Shown here in pieces: positions 10,559 to 21,634 of a DNA stretch of 64,000 bases; positions within the stretch are counted from its first letter, which is position 1, and each line of letters starts with the position of its first letter. A model generated the notes under the pieces. The model saw only the letters and a list, made by a program, of their open reading frames with translations, had not been told where the DNA came from and ran no database searches. Source of the stretch: an uncultured delta proteobacterium (GTDB lineage: Bacteria; Desulfobacterota; Binatia; Binatales; Binataceae); assembly GCA_963808235.1 (NCBI GenBank), contig CAWEEQ010000004.1, forward strand, positions 512,001 to 576,000, given 5' to 3'. The translations under genes were made by a program, and so were the position numbers.

Positions 10559-11170
10559 TCACTGCGCCCGCTTGCAGACCGCGACCGTCACCCCGTTTTC
10601 ATCGATGCCGACCCAGTACATCATTCCGGCGGGCTGGCTCGCGACGACGAAGCTCTCGGTCACCCGCGTTCGTTCCTTTCGCATGTTGTTCAAGTCGAGG
10701 CCCTGGAAATGTTGTGGATGGAGAAAGTTGTCCGAGCAAACCTGGTCACTCAGCGTGCTTCCGCCGCCCTCCAGATAGTTCCAGCTCGTTTCAGAACGGC
10801 CGGTCCCGTCGGAATTCAAAATGTAAGTGCCGGCGCCCAGGTCAAAATCGCAGGGTCGGCTGTTGCGGATAATCGCAATATCGCCCGCACCGTGCGTGCG
10901 CATATGTCCGCTGACGAACTTACCCGCGCCGTCCGCTACCAGATCCATTGAACCGGTATAGGTCACGGCAAGTGGCTCGCCGACAGCGGCGGGGAATTTG
11001 GCGCCGGTGAGGCTGCAACGAATCGGGCCGCGCAGGCTCGCCTTGCCGAGCAGCTCGCCCGCGAGCGCCGTCGATGCGACCAGCATCAGAGCGATCAGAT
11101 CGAAAAGTACTTTTTTTCGCACCGCCATCTTTGCATCCGCGATCGCATATCGTACCTTAGCGCTTGCCAT
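10559..11170 (-). CDS. Secreted hypothetical protein (start may be 11128)
   Basis: Signal-like 'RKKVLFDLIALMLVASTALA' followed by a beta-rich domain with 4 Cys; no family recognised. Confidence 0.55.
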   Translation of the reverse strand: MASAKVRYAIADAKMAVRKKVLFDLIALMLVASTALAGELLGKASLRGPIRCSLTGAKFPAAVGEPLAVTYTGSMDLVADGAGKFVSGHMRTHGAGDIAIIRNSRPCDFDLGAGTYILNSDGTGRSETSWNYLEGGGSTLSDQVCSDNFLHPQHFQGLDLNNMRKERTRVTESFVVASQPAGMMYWVGIDENGVTVAVCKRAQ

Positions 11171-11201
11171 TGCGGAGAATTCGCTTTACGAGATTGGAAT
11201 C

Positions 11202-11645
11202 ATGCCACCGATTTTGAAAATTGCGCGAGTCCGCAAAAGTCCGAATCCGATGCCTGCCTATCAGAGCGAGCACGCGGCCGGAGTCGATCTGATGGCCGAC
11301 ATCGCCGCGCCACTCGAGATGGCGCCGCGCGAGCGACGCGCCGTCCCGACCGGCATCGCGGTCGAGATTCCGGTTGGCTACGAGGGGCAGGTGCGCCCGC
11401 GCAGCGGCCGCGCGATCAAGGACGGCCTCACGCTCGTGAACTCGCCGGGAACCATCGATGCGGACTATCGTGGAGAAGTTAAAGTATTACTTGTGAATTT
11501 GGGCGAGCAGCCGATTCTGATAAATCCCGGCGATCGGATCGCACAGTTGATCATTGCGCCGGTCGTTCGCGCCGAGATTGTCGAGGTCGATGAACTGGCG
11601 CCGACCTCGCGCGGATCAGGCGGCTTCGGCCATACCGGGCGCTAG
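11202..11645 (+). CDS. dut: dUTP diphosphatase
   Basis: All five dUTPase motifs: AGVDL, VPTG, RPRSG, GTIDADYRGE, RGSGGFGHTG. ATG at 11202. Confidence 0.97.
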   Translation: MPPILKIARVRKSPNPMPAYQSEHAAGVDLMADIAAPLEMAPRERRAVPTGIAVEIPVGYEGQVRPRSGRAIKDGLTLVNSPGTIDADYRGEVKVLLVNLGEQPILINPGDRIAQLIIAPVVRAEIVEVDELAPTSRGSGGFGHTGR

Positions 11646-11714
11646 CATCGCGACCACCTCTCGATTGCGCTGCCGAGACCACGTAATTTGGTTTCGTCGG
11701 CATAACGTGAAGAA

Positions 11715-13130
11715 GTGAAAGACAAGCCAATCGAGACCGACGCGGCTTTGACCGCGGTGACGCCGATCGACGGCCGGTACCGCGCGCGCACCCGGAGCTT
11801 GGAAGCGTACTTCAGCGAGTTCGCGCTGATTCGCTACCGGGTCCGCGTCGAGATCGAATGGTATCTCTCGCTCGCCGCCGATCCCGCGATCGTCGCGCTC
11901 AAACCGATCGCGCCAGCGACTGCGAAGAAACTCCGTGCCATTTACGAAGACTTCGCGCTCGCCGACGCGCGGCGTGTGAAAGAACTCGAGGCGACCACCA
12001 ATCACGACGTCAAGGCAGTCGAGTACTTCGTCAAGGAACGAGTCGCCGCAGTCGATTCGAAGCTGCCGGTCGAGATGGTGCATTTCGCGTGCACGTCGGA
12101 GGACATCAATAATCTCGCCTACGCGCTGATCCTCCAGGAGTTCGCCGCAAACGATCTGACGCCGCGGATCGAAGCGGCGATCGCGCCGATCATCAAGCTG
12201 GCGCATCGCTACAAGTCACTCCCGATGCTCGCGCGGACGCATGGCCAGGAAGCCTCGCCGACCACGCTCGGCAAGGAGATGGCGATTTTCGCGACGCGGC
12301 TCACGCGCCAGCTCGGGCAGCTCAAGCGCCAGGAATTTCTCGGCAAGCTCAACGGCGCGGTCGGCAACTTCAATGCGCATCACTTTGCCCATCCCGACGT
12401 CGATTGGATCGCGCACTCGCAGAATTTCGTGCAGCGGCTCGGGCTCACCTGGAATCCGCTGACCACCCAGATCGAGAGCCACGACTTTATCGCCGAGCTG
12501 TTCGGCATCATGATGCGCATCGACACCATCCTGCTCGGATTCTGCCGCGACATGTGGAGTTACATCTCGATCGGATATTTCGCTCAGCAAGTCGTAGCCG
12601 GCGAGACCGGCTCGTCGGTGATGCCGCATAAAGTGAATCCGATCGATTTCGAAAACTGCGAGGGCAATCTCGGCATCGCCAACGCGTTGTTCGCACACCT
12701 CGCCGACAAGCTCCCGATCTCGCGATGGCAGCGCGATCTGACCGACAGCACGGCGATTCGTGCGATGGGAACGGCGTTCGGGCACATGATCGTAGCGCTC
12801 ATATCGCTCGAGCGCGGGCTCGGGCGCGTCGAAGTCAACGAGGCGCGCATCGCCGAGGATCTCGACGCCGAGCAGGCGTGGGAAGTCGTCGCCGAAGCGA
12901 TTCAGACCCTGATGCGCCGGCATGGGATGCCGCGGCCGTACGAGACCCTAAAGGAACTGACCCGCGGGCGCCGAATCGATCGGCGCGTGATCGACGAGTT
13001 CATCGCGTCGCTGCCGCTCGAGGAGAGCGCGCGGCAAAAGCTGCGCGAGCTCAATCCGCGCAGCTATGTTGGGCTGGCCGCGAAACTGGTCGAGCGCTTT
13101 GCGCCGCCCGCTCCGAAATCCGGCAGGTGA
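11715..13130 (+). CDS. purB: Adenylosuccinate lyase
   Basis: Motifs 'PIDGRY', 'TNHDVKAVEY' and signature 'GSSVMPHKVNPIDFEN'. Confidence 0.97.
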   Translation: MKDKPIETDAALTAVTPIDGRYRARTRSLEAYFSEFALIRYRVRVEIEWYLSLAADPAIVALKPIAPATAKKLRAIYEDFALADARRVKELEATTNHDVKAVEYFVKERVAAVDSKLPVEMVHFACTSEDINNLAYALILQEFAANDLTPRIEAAIAPIIKLAHRYKSLPMLARTHGQEASPTTLGKEMAIFATRLTRQLGQLKRQEFLGKLNGAVGNFNAHHFAHPDVDWIAHSQNFVQRLGLTWNPLTTQIESHDFIAELFGIMMRIDTILLGFCRDMWSYISIGYFAQQVVAGETGSSVMPHKVNPIDFENCEGNLGIANALFAHLADKLPISRWQRDLTDSTAIRAMGTAFGHMIVALISLERGLGRVEVNEARIAEDLDAEQAWEVVAEAIQTLMRRHGMPRPYETLKELTRGRRIDRRVIDEFIASLPLEESARQKLRELNPRSYVGLAAKLVERFAPPAPKSGR

Positions 13131-13161
13131 TGCGATCTGTCCACATCGTGACCTTTGCCGA

Positions 13162-13190
13162 TGTGCATAATCGAAAAAATTTGTGGATAA
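13162..13190. promoter_or_regulatory. DnaA boxes upstream of purC
   Basis: TGTGGATAA (13182-13190) is the reverse complement of TTATCCACA. TGTGCATAA (13162-13170) matches TTATNCACA. A weaker CTGTCCACA lies at 13137-13145. Confidence 0.65.
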
Positions 13191-13278
13191 CGGCGCGGGA
13201 CTTCGTTGTCCTACGGCGACCGACCGGTAAGATGATTATCTTAAGCTCACTCACACCGAATTGAAGGGAGAACGAAGC

Positions 13279-13995
13279 GTGGAAACGACTCCGCAGAAAC
13301 TCGAGATGTTTTACGAGGGCAAGGCGAAGAAGCTCTACTCCACATCCGACCCTGACCTCGTAATCGCCTACTTCAAGGACGACGCGACCGCGTTCAACGG
13401 CAAGAAGCGCGACACGATCGAGGAGAAGGGCGTGATGAACAATCGGATCTCCGAGTTGTTCTTCCTCCTGCTCGAAAAGCACGGCGTGAAGACGCATTTC
13501 GTGCGCCGCCTGAACGATCGCGAGATGCTGTGTAAGCGCCTCGATATCATTCCGGTCGAAACCGTGGTGCGGAATATCGTCGCGGGCTCGATGGCGAAGC
13601 GGCTCGGTCGCGAAGAGGGCGAGCAGCTCCCGCATCCGATCGTCGAGTACTATTACAAATCAGACGCGCTCGACGATCCGCTGATTATCGGCGAGCATGC
13701 GATCGCGTTTGGGTGGGCGACGGCGGAGGAGCTCAAGCAGGTCGATGCGAAGGCGCTCAAGGTCGATGAGGTGCTGACTGAATTCCTCGACGAGCGCGGC
13801 GTCATCCTGGTCGATTTCAAGCTTGAGTTCGGGCGGCATCATGGCGAAATTTTGCTCGGCGACGAAATCTGCCCCGACACTTGCCGATTCTGGGACAAGG
13901 CGACGCGGCAGAAGCTCGACAAGGATCGATTCCGGCGCGATTTGGGCGGCGTCGAGGAAGCGTATCACGAGATGCTCCGCCGGGTCGAAAGTTGA
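13279..13995 (+). CDS. purC: SAICAR synthase
   Basis: Motifs 'YEGKAKKLY', '[10 protein letters not shown]', 'LVDFKLEFG' and '[12 protein letters not shown]'. GTG start follows GGGAG. Confidence 0.97.
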   Translation: METTPQKLEMFYEGKAKKLYSTSDPDLVIAYFKDDATAFNGKKRDTIEEKGVMNNRISELFFLLLEKHGVKTHFVRRLNDREMLCKRLDIIPVETVVRNIVAGSMAKRLGREEGEQLPHPIVEYYYKSDALDDPLIIGEHAIAFGWATAEELKQVDAKALKVDEVLTEFLDERGVILVDFKLEFGRHHGEILLGDEICPDTCRFWDKATRQKLDKDRFRRDLGGVEEAYHEMLRRVES

Positions 13996-14069
13996 CGCGC
14001 AAAAATTGGCGCGATTTGCGTTTAATTTTTCGAAGAACTTGAGCCATTTGCTGGCGTTTATCTCAAATA

Positions 14070-14085
14070 TGTTTCACGTGAAACG
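14070..14085. other. parS centromere-like site
   Basis: TGTTTCACGTGAAACG matches the consensus TGTTTCACGTGAAACA at 15/16, with a perfect 14-bp palindromic core, in the purC-purS spacer. Confidence 0.85.
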
Positions 14086-14127
14086 TCATTTAGTTCAGGG
14101 GAACAAAACGCGAATCGAGGCGTTGAA

Positions 14128-14373
14128 TTGCAAGTAAGAGTTTTCGTCACGCCGCGAAAAGGAATCCTCGATCCGCAGGGACGTGCGGTCGAAAGCTCGC
14201 TGCACAGTCTCGGTTTCAAAAACGTCTCGGGCGTCAAAGTCGGAAAATATATCTTGCTCGAAGTCGAGGCGCGGAACGCCGCGGAGGCGCGCGACGAAGC
14301 GAAGAAGATGTGCGAGGCGCTGCTCGCCAATCCCGTGATCGAAGATTTCCGCTTCGAGGTCGATGGCGAATGA
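14128..14373 (+). CDS. purS: FGAM synthase subunit PurS
   Basis: Motifs 'ILDPQGRAV' and 'MCEALLANPVIEDF'. Confidence 0.96.
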   Translation: MQVRVFVTPRKGILDPQGRAVESSLHSLGFKNVSGVKVGKYILLEVEARNAAEARDEAKKMCEALLANPVIEDFRFEVDGE

Positions 14374-15074
14374 AGTGGGGCGTCGTACGGTTCCCCGGCT
14401 CGCTCGACGACGGCGACGCGATGCATGCGCTCGCCGATGTGATGGGCGAGGATGCGCGAATTCTGTGGCATAAGGAGACCACGCTCGGCGGCGCCGAGTG
14501 CGTGCTGCTGCCGGGTGGTTTCAGCTACGGCGATTATCTGCGCACGGGAGCGATCGCGCGCTTCTCGCCGATAATGAAAAGCGTTCAGCAATTCGCGGCC
14601 GACGGCGGACTCGTGATCGGCACTTGCAACGGCTTTCAGATTTTGTGCGAGGCGCATCTGCTGCCCGGCGCGCTGACGCGCAATCGTTCGCTGTCGTTCG
14701 TATGCGAGCGGGTGTGGCTGCGGGTCGAGAACGCGAACACGCCATTTACGCGCGCGATGAAGCAGGGCGATGTTTTGCGGCTTCCGATCAAACATGGCGA
14801 GGGACTATACGTCGCGCCCGAAGACGAACTCCGACAGATGGAGGAGCGCGGGCAGGTGATTTTGCGCTACGTCGATAAGGACGGGCGCGAGAGCGACGCG
14901 GCCAATCCGAATGGGGCTAATCCGAACGGAAGTATGCGCTCGATCGCGGGAGTCGCCAACGAGCGGTTCAACGTGTTCGGTCTGATGCCGCATCCGGAGC
15001 ACGCGGTGGAAGCGATGCTCGGCGGTATCGACGGGCGCAAGATATTCGAATCGATCGCCGGGAGCGCGCGATGA
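14370..15074 (+). CDS. purQ: FGAM synthase glutaminase subunit PurQ
   Basis: ATGA overlap with purS. Motifs 'FPGS', '[11 protein letters not shown]', 'CNGFQ' and 'MPHPE'. Confidence 0.97.
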   Translation: MKWGVVRFPGSLDDGDAMHALADVMGEDARILWHKETTLGGAECVLLPGGFSYGDYLRTGAIARFSPIMKSVQQFAADGGLVIGTCNGFQILCEAHLLPGALTRNRSLSFVCERVWLRVENANTPFTRAMKQGDVLRLPIKHGEGLYVAPEDELRQMEERGQVILRYVDKDGRESDAANPNGANPNGSMRSIAGVANERFNVFGLMPHPEHAVEAMLGGIDGRKIFESIAGSAR

Positions 15075-17317
15075 GCGAGCGCGCGCCGGTCGCAATTCCC
15101 GGCGACGGAAAAGTCTCTATCGAACAAGCGCGTACGCACGGCCTTTCGGCCGACGAGTATCGCAAGATCGAACAGATCATCGGACGCACTCCAACCTGGA
15201 CCGAGCTTGGCGTTTTTTCGGTCATGTGGTCGGAACATTGTTCGTACAAATCTTCGCGGCGGCATCTGAAGACGCTGCCGTCGAAGAGCGAGTTGGTCGT
15301 GCAAGGGCCGGGCGAAAATGCCGGCGCGATCGATGTGGGCGACGGATGGGCGGCGGTTTTCAAGATCGAGAGCCATAACCATCCGTCATTCGTCGAGCCG
15401 TACCAGGGCGCGGCGACCGGCGTGGGCGGAATATTGCGCGACATCTTCACGATGGGCGCGCGGCCGGTCGCAAGCATGAACTCGCTTAAGTTCGGATCGT
15501 TCGATCATCCGCGGACACGCTACCTGCTCGGAGGAGTGGTGGGCGGAATCGGCGGCTACGGCAACTGCGTCGGAGTTCCGACGGTCGCGGGCGAGGTGAT
15601 GTTCGACGCAGCGTACAACGAAAACATATTGGTCAACGCGTTCTGTCTCGGGCTGGTGCGAAAGGACGAGATGATGAGCGCGCGGGCGCGCGGCGTGAGC
15701 AACCCGGTGCTTTACGTTGGCTCTGCGACCGGACGAGACGGAATTCATGGCGCGTCGATGGCGTCCGCGGAGTTCGACAAGGAGAGCGAGGCCAAGCGTC
15801 CGGCGGTGCAGGTCGGCGATCCATTTACCGAGAAGCTGCTGATCGAGGCTTGTCTGGAAGCAGGCCGAACCGGCGCGATCGTGGCGATACAGGACATGGG
15901 TGCGGCGGGGCTCACGTCTTCGTCGAGCGAGATGGCGGATCGCGGCGGACTTGGGATCGAGCTCGATCTGGATTTGGTTCCGCTTCGTGAAGCCAATCTG
16001 ACGCCGTACGAGATTCTGCTTTCCGAGTCGCAGGAGCGGATGCTGATTGTCGCCGAGCGCGGACGCGAGGCGGAGCTGCAACAGGTGTTCGAGAAGTGGG
16101 ATTTGCACGCGGCGGTGATCGGTCACGTGACCGACGACCGCCGATGGTGCATGCGCTGGCATGGTCAGGTCGTTGCGGATCTCCCGGTTGGGGCGCTTGC
16201 GGCAGATGCGCCGTTGTATGATCGGCCGGCGGTCGAGCCGAACTCGGTGCGCGATCCGGGACCCTCACCTAACCTCTTCCGTAAAGTGACGGGCGAGGTA
16301 GGAAAAGAGTTGCGGGCGCTGCTGGATAATCCGAACGTTGCGTCGAAGAAGTGGGTGTTTCGGCAGTACGATTCGATCGTGCAGAGCAACACCGTTGAGG
16401 GGCCGGGCAGTGATGCGGCGGTGCTGCGAATCAAGGGTTCGCGGCGCGGGATCGTGCTCAAGGTCGATTCGAATCCGCGCGCTTGCGCGCTCGACCCGTA
16501 TCTCGGAGCGGTCGGCACAGTTTGCGAAGCCGTCCGCAACGTCGCATGCGCGGGTGCGCGGCCGGTGGGGATCACCAATTGTCTCAACTACGGAAATCCG
16601 GAGCGGCCGGAGGTGATGTGGCAATTTATCCGCGGGGTCGCGGGACTCCGCGACGCGTCGCTCGCGTTCGGCGCGCCAGTCGTGAGCGGCAACGTGAGTT
16701 TTTACAACGAGACCGAGGGCCGCGCGATTCCACCAACGCCGACTATCGCGGTGCTCGGCGTGATGCTCGACGTGTCGCGCCATGTGACGCAGTTTTTCAA
16801 AAACCCCGGCGACTCGATCGCTCTGGTTCGCACGGCGCGGCCTTCGATTGCGGCGAGCGAGTATGCCGCGATGTTCGGAACCGGCGGCGGGACGCTCGAA
16901 TCAATCAACCTGACGCGCGAGGCAGCACTGGTCGACGGGCTGGTTGCTGGGGCGGAAGCGGGGCTGATAAGATCGGCTCACGATATCGCCGAGGGCGGGC
17001 TTGCCGTGGCAATGGCCGAAGCCTGTTTCAATCCGCGCGCGATTCTGGGGGCCGAGGTTGAACTTGGGCACGCTGGAAACGCTGACGCGGTTGATTTTTT
17101 TGGCGAGGGCGCATCGACGGTGATCCTGTCGATCGCGCCGGGCGACGCAGCTCGAGTCGAGCAGTTGTTCGCGCCGCGCGGACTTGAATTTGCAGTGATT
17201 GGCCGGGTGACGAGCGAGCCCCGGCTCAAGATTGGCAAAGCGATCGACGAAGACGTTTCGGAGCTGATGCGAATTTACGAAAACGCGATTCCGAGGAGGC
17301 TAGCCGGCGGTGACTGA
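15071..17317 (+). CDS. purL: FGAM synthase subunit PurL
   Basis: Motifs '[11 protein letters not shown]', 'ESHNHPS', 'QDMGAAGL' and 'SESQERM'. Confidence 0.98.
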   Translation: MSERAPVAIPGDGKVSIEQARTHGLSADEYRKIEQIIGRTPTWTELGVFSVMWSEHCSYKSSRRHLKTLPSKSELVVQGPGENAGAIDVGDGWAAVFKIESHNHPSFVEPYQGAATGVGGILRDIFTMGARPVASMNSLKFGSFDHPRTRYLLGGVVGGIGGYGNCVGVPTVAGEVMFDAAYNENILVNAFCLGLVRKDEMMSARARGVSNPVLYVGSATGRDGIHGASMASAEFDKESEAKRPAVQVGDPFTEKLLIEACLEAGRTGAIVAIQDMGAAGLTSSSSEMADRGGLGIELDLDLVPLREANLTPYEILLSESQERMLIVAERGREAELQQVFEKWDLHAAVIGHVTDDRRWCMRWHGQVVADLPVGALAADAPLYDRPAVEPNSVRDPGPSPNLFRKVTGEVGKELRALLDNPNVASKKWVFRQYDSIVQSNTVEGPGSDAAVLRIKGSRRGIVLKVDSNPRACALDPYLGAVGTVCEAVRNVACAGARPVGITNCLNYGNPERPEVMWQFIRGVAGLRDASLAFGAPVVSGNVSFYNETEGRAIPPTPTIAVLGVMLDVSRHVTQFFKNPGDSIALVRTARPSIAASEYAAMFGTGGGTLESINLTREAALVDGLVAGAEAGLIRSAHDIAEGGLAVAMAEACFNPRAILGAEVELGHAGNADAVDFFGEGASTVILSIAPGDAARVEQLFAPRGLEFAVIGRVTSEPRLKIGKAIDEDVSELMRIYENAIPRRLAGGD

Positions 17318-18818
17318 AAAAGACTCGGTCATGGCGGTCGAAGCGATCGAAGAATCAAGGCTCGACGATTCGGAGTTCGAGGAATCGAACTTGGACGCGT
17401 TCCACGAGGAGTGCGGCGTCTTCGGCGTGTATCGGCATCCGGAGGCCGCGAACCTGGCGTACCTCGGACTCTACGCGCAGCAGCATCGCGGACAGGAATC
17501 GGCAGGAATCGTTTCGTCCAACGGCAGGTCGCTGATCTCGCATCGCGGGATGGGACTGGTCGCCGACGTTTTCAACAATACGATCATCGCAAAACTCGAA
17601 GGGACCAGCGCAATCGGGCACAACCGCTACTCGACAACCGGCTCGACAACGATCAACAACTGCCAGCCGCTGGTCGGCGAGTATGCGCATGGCGCGCTCG
17701 CGCTCGCGCATAACGGTAACCTGGTCAACTTCAAGGAATTGCGCGAGCGGCTCGAGGCGAACGGATCGCTTTTTCAATCGTCGTCGGACAGCGAGGTGAT
17801 GATTCATCTGATCGCGGGGTCGCGCGCGCCGACGCTGCCGGAGCGGGTTGCCGAGGCTCTGGCGCAGGTTAAGGGCGCGTACTCGCTGGTGGTGTTGACC
17901 GAAGACACGCTGATCGCGGTGCGAGATCCGCAGGGCTTCCGTCCGCTGGTGTTGGGTAATCTTAACGGCGCAACGATTGTGGCGTCGGAGACATGCGCGC
18001 TCGACCTGGTGCGCGCCGATTATATCCGCGAGGTCAATCCCGGCGAGATGATCGTCGTCGATGAAAGCGGGATGCGCGCGATCGATCCGTTCGGTCATGC
18101 GCCGGCTAAGCGATGCATCTTCGAGTACGTTTATTTCTCGCGCCCCGACAGCCAGGTGTACGGGCGCAACGTCTACATGGTGCGTAAAGAGCAGGGACGG
18201 GCGCTCGCGCGCGAGGCTCCCGCGATCGCGGATATCGTGGTGCCGGTGCCCGACTCGGGTACTCCGGCGGCGCTCGGCTACGCGGAAGAATCTGGAATTC
18301 CGTTCGAGATGGGGCTCGTGCGCAGCCACTATGTCGGGCGCACTTTTATCGAGCCGCGCCAATCGATTCGACATTTCGGGGTGAAGATAAAGTTCAATCC
18401 GGTCGCGGAATTGTTACGCGACAAGCGAATCGTGCTGATCGAGGACTCCCTGGTGCGTGGCACCACGCTTAGAAAAGTGATCCCGATGCTCCGCCAGGCG
18501 GGCGCGCGCGAGGTCCACATGCGAATCGCGGCGCCGCCGACTACGAACTCGTGTTTTTACGGAATCGACACGCCGACGCGCGAAGAGCTGCTCGCGTCGT
18601 CGCATTCGATCGAGCAGATTCGCAGATACATCACAGCGGACACGCTGGCATACTTGAGTTGGGACGGCCTTTACTCGTTCAACGGCGAGAGCCGCGAGGG
18701 ATTTTGCGACGCGTGCTTCACCGGAAACTATCCGGTGGAGATTCCGAGGGACAATGGGCCTTCGCAGTTGCACTTGTTTCTGGCCAATGAAGATGGGTTG
18801 AAGGACGATCGACGGTAG
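17310..18818 (+). CDS. purF: Amidophosphoribosyltransferase
   Basis: Propeptide followed by 'EECGVFG'; motifs 'QHRGQESAG', 'DSLVRGTT' and Fe-S 'FCDACFTG'. Confidence 0.97.
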   Translation: MTEKDSVMAVEAIEESRLDDSEFEESNLDAFHEECGVFGVYRHPEAANLAYLGLYAQQHRGQESAGIVSSNGRSLISHRGMGLVADVFNNTIIAKLEGTSAIGHNRYSTTGSTTINNCQPLVGEYAHGALALAHNGNLVNFKELRERLEANGSLFQSSSDSEVMIHLIAGSRAPTLPERVAEALAQVKGAYSLVVLTEDTLIAVRDPQGFRPLVLGNLNGATIVASETCALDLVRADYIREVNPGEMIVVDESGMRAIDPFGHAPAKRCIFEYVYFSRPDSQVYGRNVYMVRKEQGRALAREAPAIADIVVPVPDSGTPAALGYAEESGIPFEMGLVRSHYVGRTFIEPRQSIRHFGVKIKFNPVAELLRDKRIVLIEDSLVRGTTLRKVIPMLRQAGAREVHMRIAAPPTTNSCFYGIDTPTREELLASSHSIEQIRRYITADTLAYLSWDGLYSFNGESREGFCDACFTGNYPVEIPRDNGPSQLHLFLANEDGLKDDRR

Positions 18819-18896
18819 GCGATTGGTGCGCCCCGCGCGCGACCTCTCCCGGCTTGCGGATGTCCACGTAGTCGCCATCCGCTGGAGAGGCAGGAA

Positions 18897-19592
18897 CTAG
18901 CGGGTCTTAAGCTTCCGGTCGATTACCGACTCGAATGCTGAAGGCGGCTGAGCGCCACTCATCCCATGTCCGTTTACAATGAAATAGGGCGTACCGTTAG
19001 CGCCGACACTCTTGCCCTGCGATCGATCCGCGACCACGGCACTCTCGTACTTGCGATCATCGAGGCAGGTATCGAAACTTGCGGGGTCCAGCCCGAGCCC
19101 GGCCGCGGCCGTCTTTAATTCTGTCGTCGAGAGTCCCGACGGATTTTCGAGCAGTGCGTCGTGATAGGCCCAGAACTGACCCTGCTCATTGGCGCATCGC
19201 GCAGCTATCGCCGCTTCCATCGCGCGAGGGTGAAAAGGCAGCGGGAAGTCCATGTACACCAGTCGCACCTGGTCGCCGTATTTCTTCAGCACTTGCTTGA
19301 GCGACTTTTCGGCCTGGCGGCAAAACGGGCACTGGAAGTCGGAGTACTCCACAATCGTAATCGACGCGTTGTCGCCGCCGCGCTGCGGATGGTCTACGCT
19401 CACCTGGTCGTCTTGCGAGCTCGAGTGACTGGGAGACTTCGAATCGGAACTATCACTGGACGAAGGAACTCGAACCCAATCGTCCTGCGCGAGCATGACC
19501 GCGGCGTTATCGGATCCTGCCCCGGCAGAAGCAGCCGTCAGCATCGCGGCGCCGAAGGTCGCAGCCAGAATAAAATTTATCGCGGTCCGCAA
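18897..19592 (-). CDS. Secreted DsbA/thioredoxin-fold protein
   Basis: Signal peptide; 'EYSDFQCPFC' CxxC motif; cis-Pro loop 'GTP'. Confidence 0.9.
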   Translation of the reverse strand: MRTAINFILAATFGAAMLTAASAGAGSDNAAVMLAQDDWVRVPSSSDSSDSKSPSHSSSQDDQVSVDHPQRGGDNASITIVEYSDFQCPFCRQAEKSLKQVLKKYGDQVRLVYMDFPLPFHPRAMEAAIAARCANEQGQFWAYHDALLENPSGLSTTELKTAAAGLGLDPASFDTCLDDRKYESAVVADRSQGKSVGANGTPYFIVNGHGMSGAQPPSAFESVIDRKLKTR

Positions 19593-19757
19593 CAGTTCCC
19601 CCCGGTCGAAACAAATGCGGCTCGTAGTTTACGCGCGCGGGGATGGGCAGTCGAGAACCTTGCGGGAGCAGGCGTTTTCAGCGGTGCGAGCGGGCGCTGG
19701 AAATTTCTGAGATTTAGTTCCTCGCCCGACGCTTCGTTGTCAGGGAGAGGCAAATGA

Positions 19758-20576
19758 CTAGGGTTCGGAGGCTGCTATGTCCTGCACGAATTGGTTCATC
19801 GTGCGGCGCGAGACCAGCATGCACATGAACCCGCCGTGCGGGTAGCTCAGGCAGATGCTGTAGCCCTTGTACACGTAGTAGTTGTGGTCGCCCATCGCGC
19901 GGATTGCGCCGGGCGGGGGCTCGAAGCCGTGCGACTGCATGTAGGTGCACAGGATGGTGCCGGTATCGCTGCGATAAAAAGTGAACGAGACCGGGCTTCC
20001 GTCGCGCAGATGCTCAACGCGTCCGCCGACAAGCTTGTAGCCGCTCGGCTGCAGATTCCACAGAAATCCCGGCAAATGATTGTCCATGTAGGCGCCCGAG
20101 ATATCGGGCGGCGAGTTCCCTTTCACGTTGGGTTCGAAGTGAACCGCGAATTGTGAGTAGTGGTTGATCGCGATATCGAAAGGCGTGATCGCATGAGCGG
20201 GCGTGCGCGAGATGCCGCCGTGCAGAACCACAACCACAATCGCGGCAGCCGCGGCGAGCATAATCGGAACCCACACGCGCGCGCGGCGAAGTACTGAGGG
20301 CCTGCGGCGATCGGCGTCGGCAGAGCGCTCGCGATTGCGCTCGGTTGTGTCGGCGGCGTCGAGCGCGGCAAGGATCGATCCGCGGACCATCGCGGGCGTG
20401 CGCATCATCTGGGCGCGTTCGCGCATCAGGGATTTGACGGCCCGCTCTTCGGCGAAGCGCGTGCGGCAGCTGGCGCATCCGGCGAGATGTTCTTCGGCGG
20501 CGCGAAGCTCATCGGCGCTCAGCTCGCCGTCGACGTGAGCCGAAAGGTATTTCTCGATGTAAGTGCCGCAATCCAC
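19758..20576 (-). CDS. Membrane-anchored ZAS (zf-HC2) anti-sigma factor
   Basis: 'HLAGCASC' HxxxCxxC motif, one TM helix and a periplasmic domain; downstream of an ECF sigma gene. Confidence 0.88.
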   Translation of the reverse strand: MDCGTYIEKYLSAHVDGELSADELRAAEEHLAGCASCRTRFAEERAVKSLMRERAQMMRTPAMVRGSILAALDAADTTERNRERSADADRRRPSVLRRARVWVPIMLAAAAAIVVVVLHGGISRTPAHAITPFDIAINHYSQFAVHFEPNVKGNSPPDISGAYMDNHLPGFLWNLQPSGYKLVGGRVEHLRDGSPVSFTFYRSDTGTILCTYMQSHGFEPPPGAIRAMGDHNYYVYKGYSICLSYPHGGFMCMLVSRRTMNQFVQDIAASEP

Positions 20577-20577
20577 G

Positions 20578-20766
20578 TTATGGTGCCACGTCTATAGGGT
20601 CGTTTCGCTCGACGGTCGTCCGTTGTACTCGGTCCCGGGAGAGTTGCATCGCGTAAACGACGCTTGATGTGTCGAATAGGCTGTATGCTTGTTGGGAGTC
20701 AAGACTATTTTTATCAGCAGAGGACTCATCACAGTAAACCAAGTTGCTCGTCGTATAAGAAGCCAC
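20578..20766 (-). CDS. Putative 62-aa small protein between sigma and anti-sigma
   Basis: AAGGA RBS before the GTG start; stop codon lies 1 nt before the anti-sigma GTG; no recognisable family. Confidence 0.4.
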   Translation of the reverse strand: MASYTTSNLVYCDESSADKNSLDSQQAYSLFDTSSVVYAMQLSRDRVQRTTVERNDPIDVAP

Positions 20767-20776
20767 GGTCTTTTCC

Positions 20777-21352
20777 TTACCTTACTAAACCACGTTCCCT
20801 GGCAAATGCTGCCAGGCTTTCGCGCAAGATGGCGCGTCCGCGCGAGACCCGGGATTTTACCGTACCGATCGGTATGTTCAGAACCCCCGAAACCTCCTGA
20901 TAGCTTAGCTCCTCCACGTCGACGAGCAGGATCGCTTCGCGGAATTCCTCAGGTAGACTGGCCAGCGCCGTCTCGACTTCGCCCTCCATCCCGCGGCCGG
21001 AGAGCATCGACTCGGGATTCGAAGCGGCCGGATCGGCGTGCATGCTCTGTGTCTCCAGCTTGCGCTCGAAATCCTCTGTCGAGGCGGCGGGCTGCTCGCG
21101 CGACGATTTGCGATAGCCGTTGCGAAAGTTGTTGAAGAGAATCGTGAGCATCCACGCGCGGCAATTGGTGCCGGTCTCGAACTGATGAAAGAAGCGATAG
21201 GCGCGCAGGATCGTTTCCTGAAGCAAATCGCCGGCGTCGTCGGAATTGCGGGCGAGGCGCAACGCCATCGAGTAGAGCGCGTCGAGGTGAGGCAGGGCTT
21301 CCTCCTCGAATCGCTTGCGCCGGTCTTCGCCGGTGCCGCTTTTGTCCGTCAT
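20777..21352 (-). CDS. ECF RNA polymerase sigma factor (SigH/SigR-like)
   Basis: Region 2 'DAGDLLQETILRAYRFFHQFETGTNCRAW' and region 4 'LSYQEVS..LNIPIGTVKSRVSRGR'. Confidence 0.93.
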   Translation of the reverse strand: MTDKSGTGEDRRKRFEEEALPHLDALYSMALRLARNSDDAGDLLQETILRAYRFFHQFETGTNCRAWMLTILFNNFRNGYRKSSREQPAASTEDFERKLETQSMHADPAASNPESMLSGRGMEGEVETALASLPEEFREAILLVDVEELSYQEVSGVLNIPIGTVKSRVSRGRAILRESLAAFARERGLVR

Positions 21353-21521
21353 ATGCGAATTTGGAAAACATATCACCCTACATGATCAAAATCTTGGGTC
21401 GAGGTGAAATGTTCCCGAAAAGCCAGAATTATCGCTGGAGACCTCAGAGTCTTGCGAAATCCACGCGGCGGAGGAATACGTAATTCAGTACAGGTGGTTG
21501 CGCAATATAATGCTTGTGTAT

Positions 21522-21547
21522 GGAACGATAGCTTCCGAACAGGTGTT
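21522..21547 (+). promoter_or_regulatory. Putative ECF promoter GGAAC-N18-GTT upstream of the RiPP precursor
   Basis: GGAAC (21522-26), 18 nt, GTT (21545-47); matches the SigR/SigH-type consensus. Confidence 0.55.
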
Positions 21548-21634
21548 TAGACATTGGCATCACGCTGTATTTATTTCGGCGCGATTGGTAAGTCGGTAAC
21601 TATCAGGCATGAAACCCGAAAGGAGATAAGGATC

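Noticed and set aside
14901-14930. 15-bp tandem duplication in purQ (ANPNG twice)
   Set aside because: An in-frame slippage in a loop with no broader significance.
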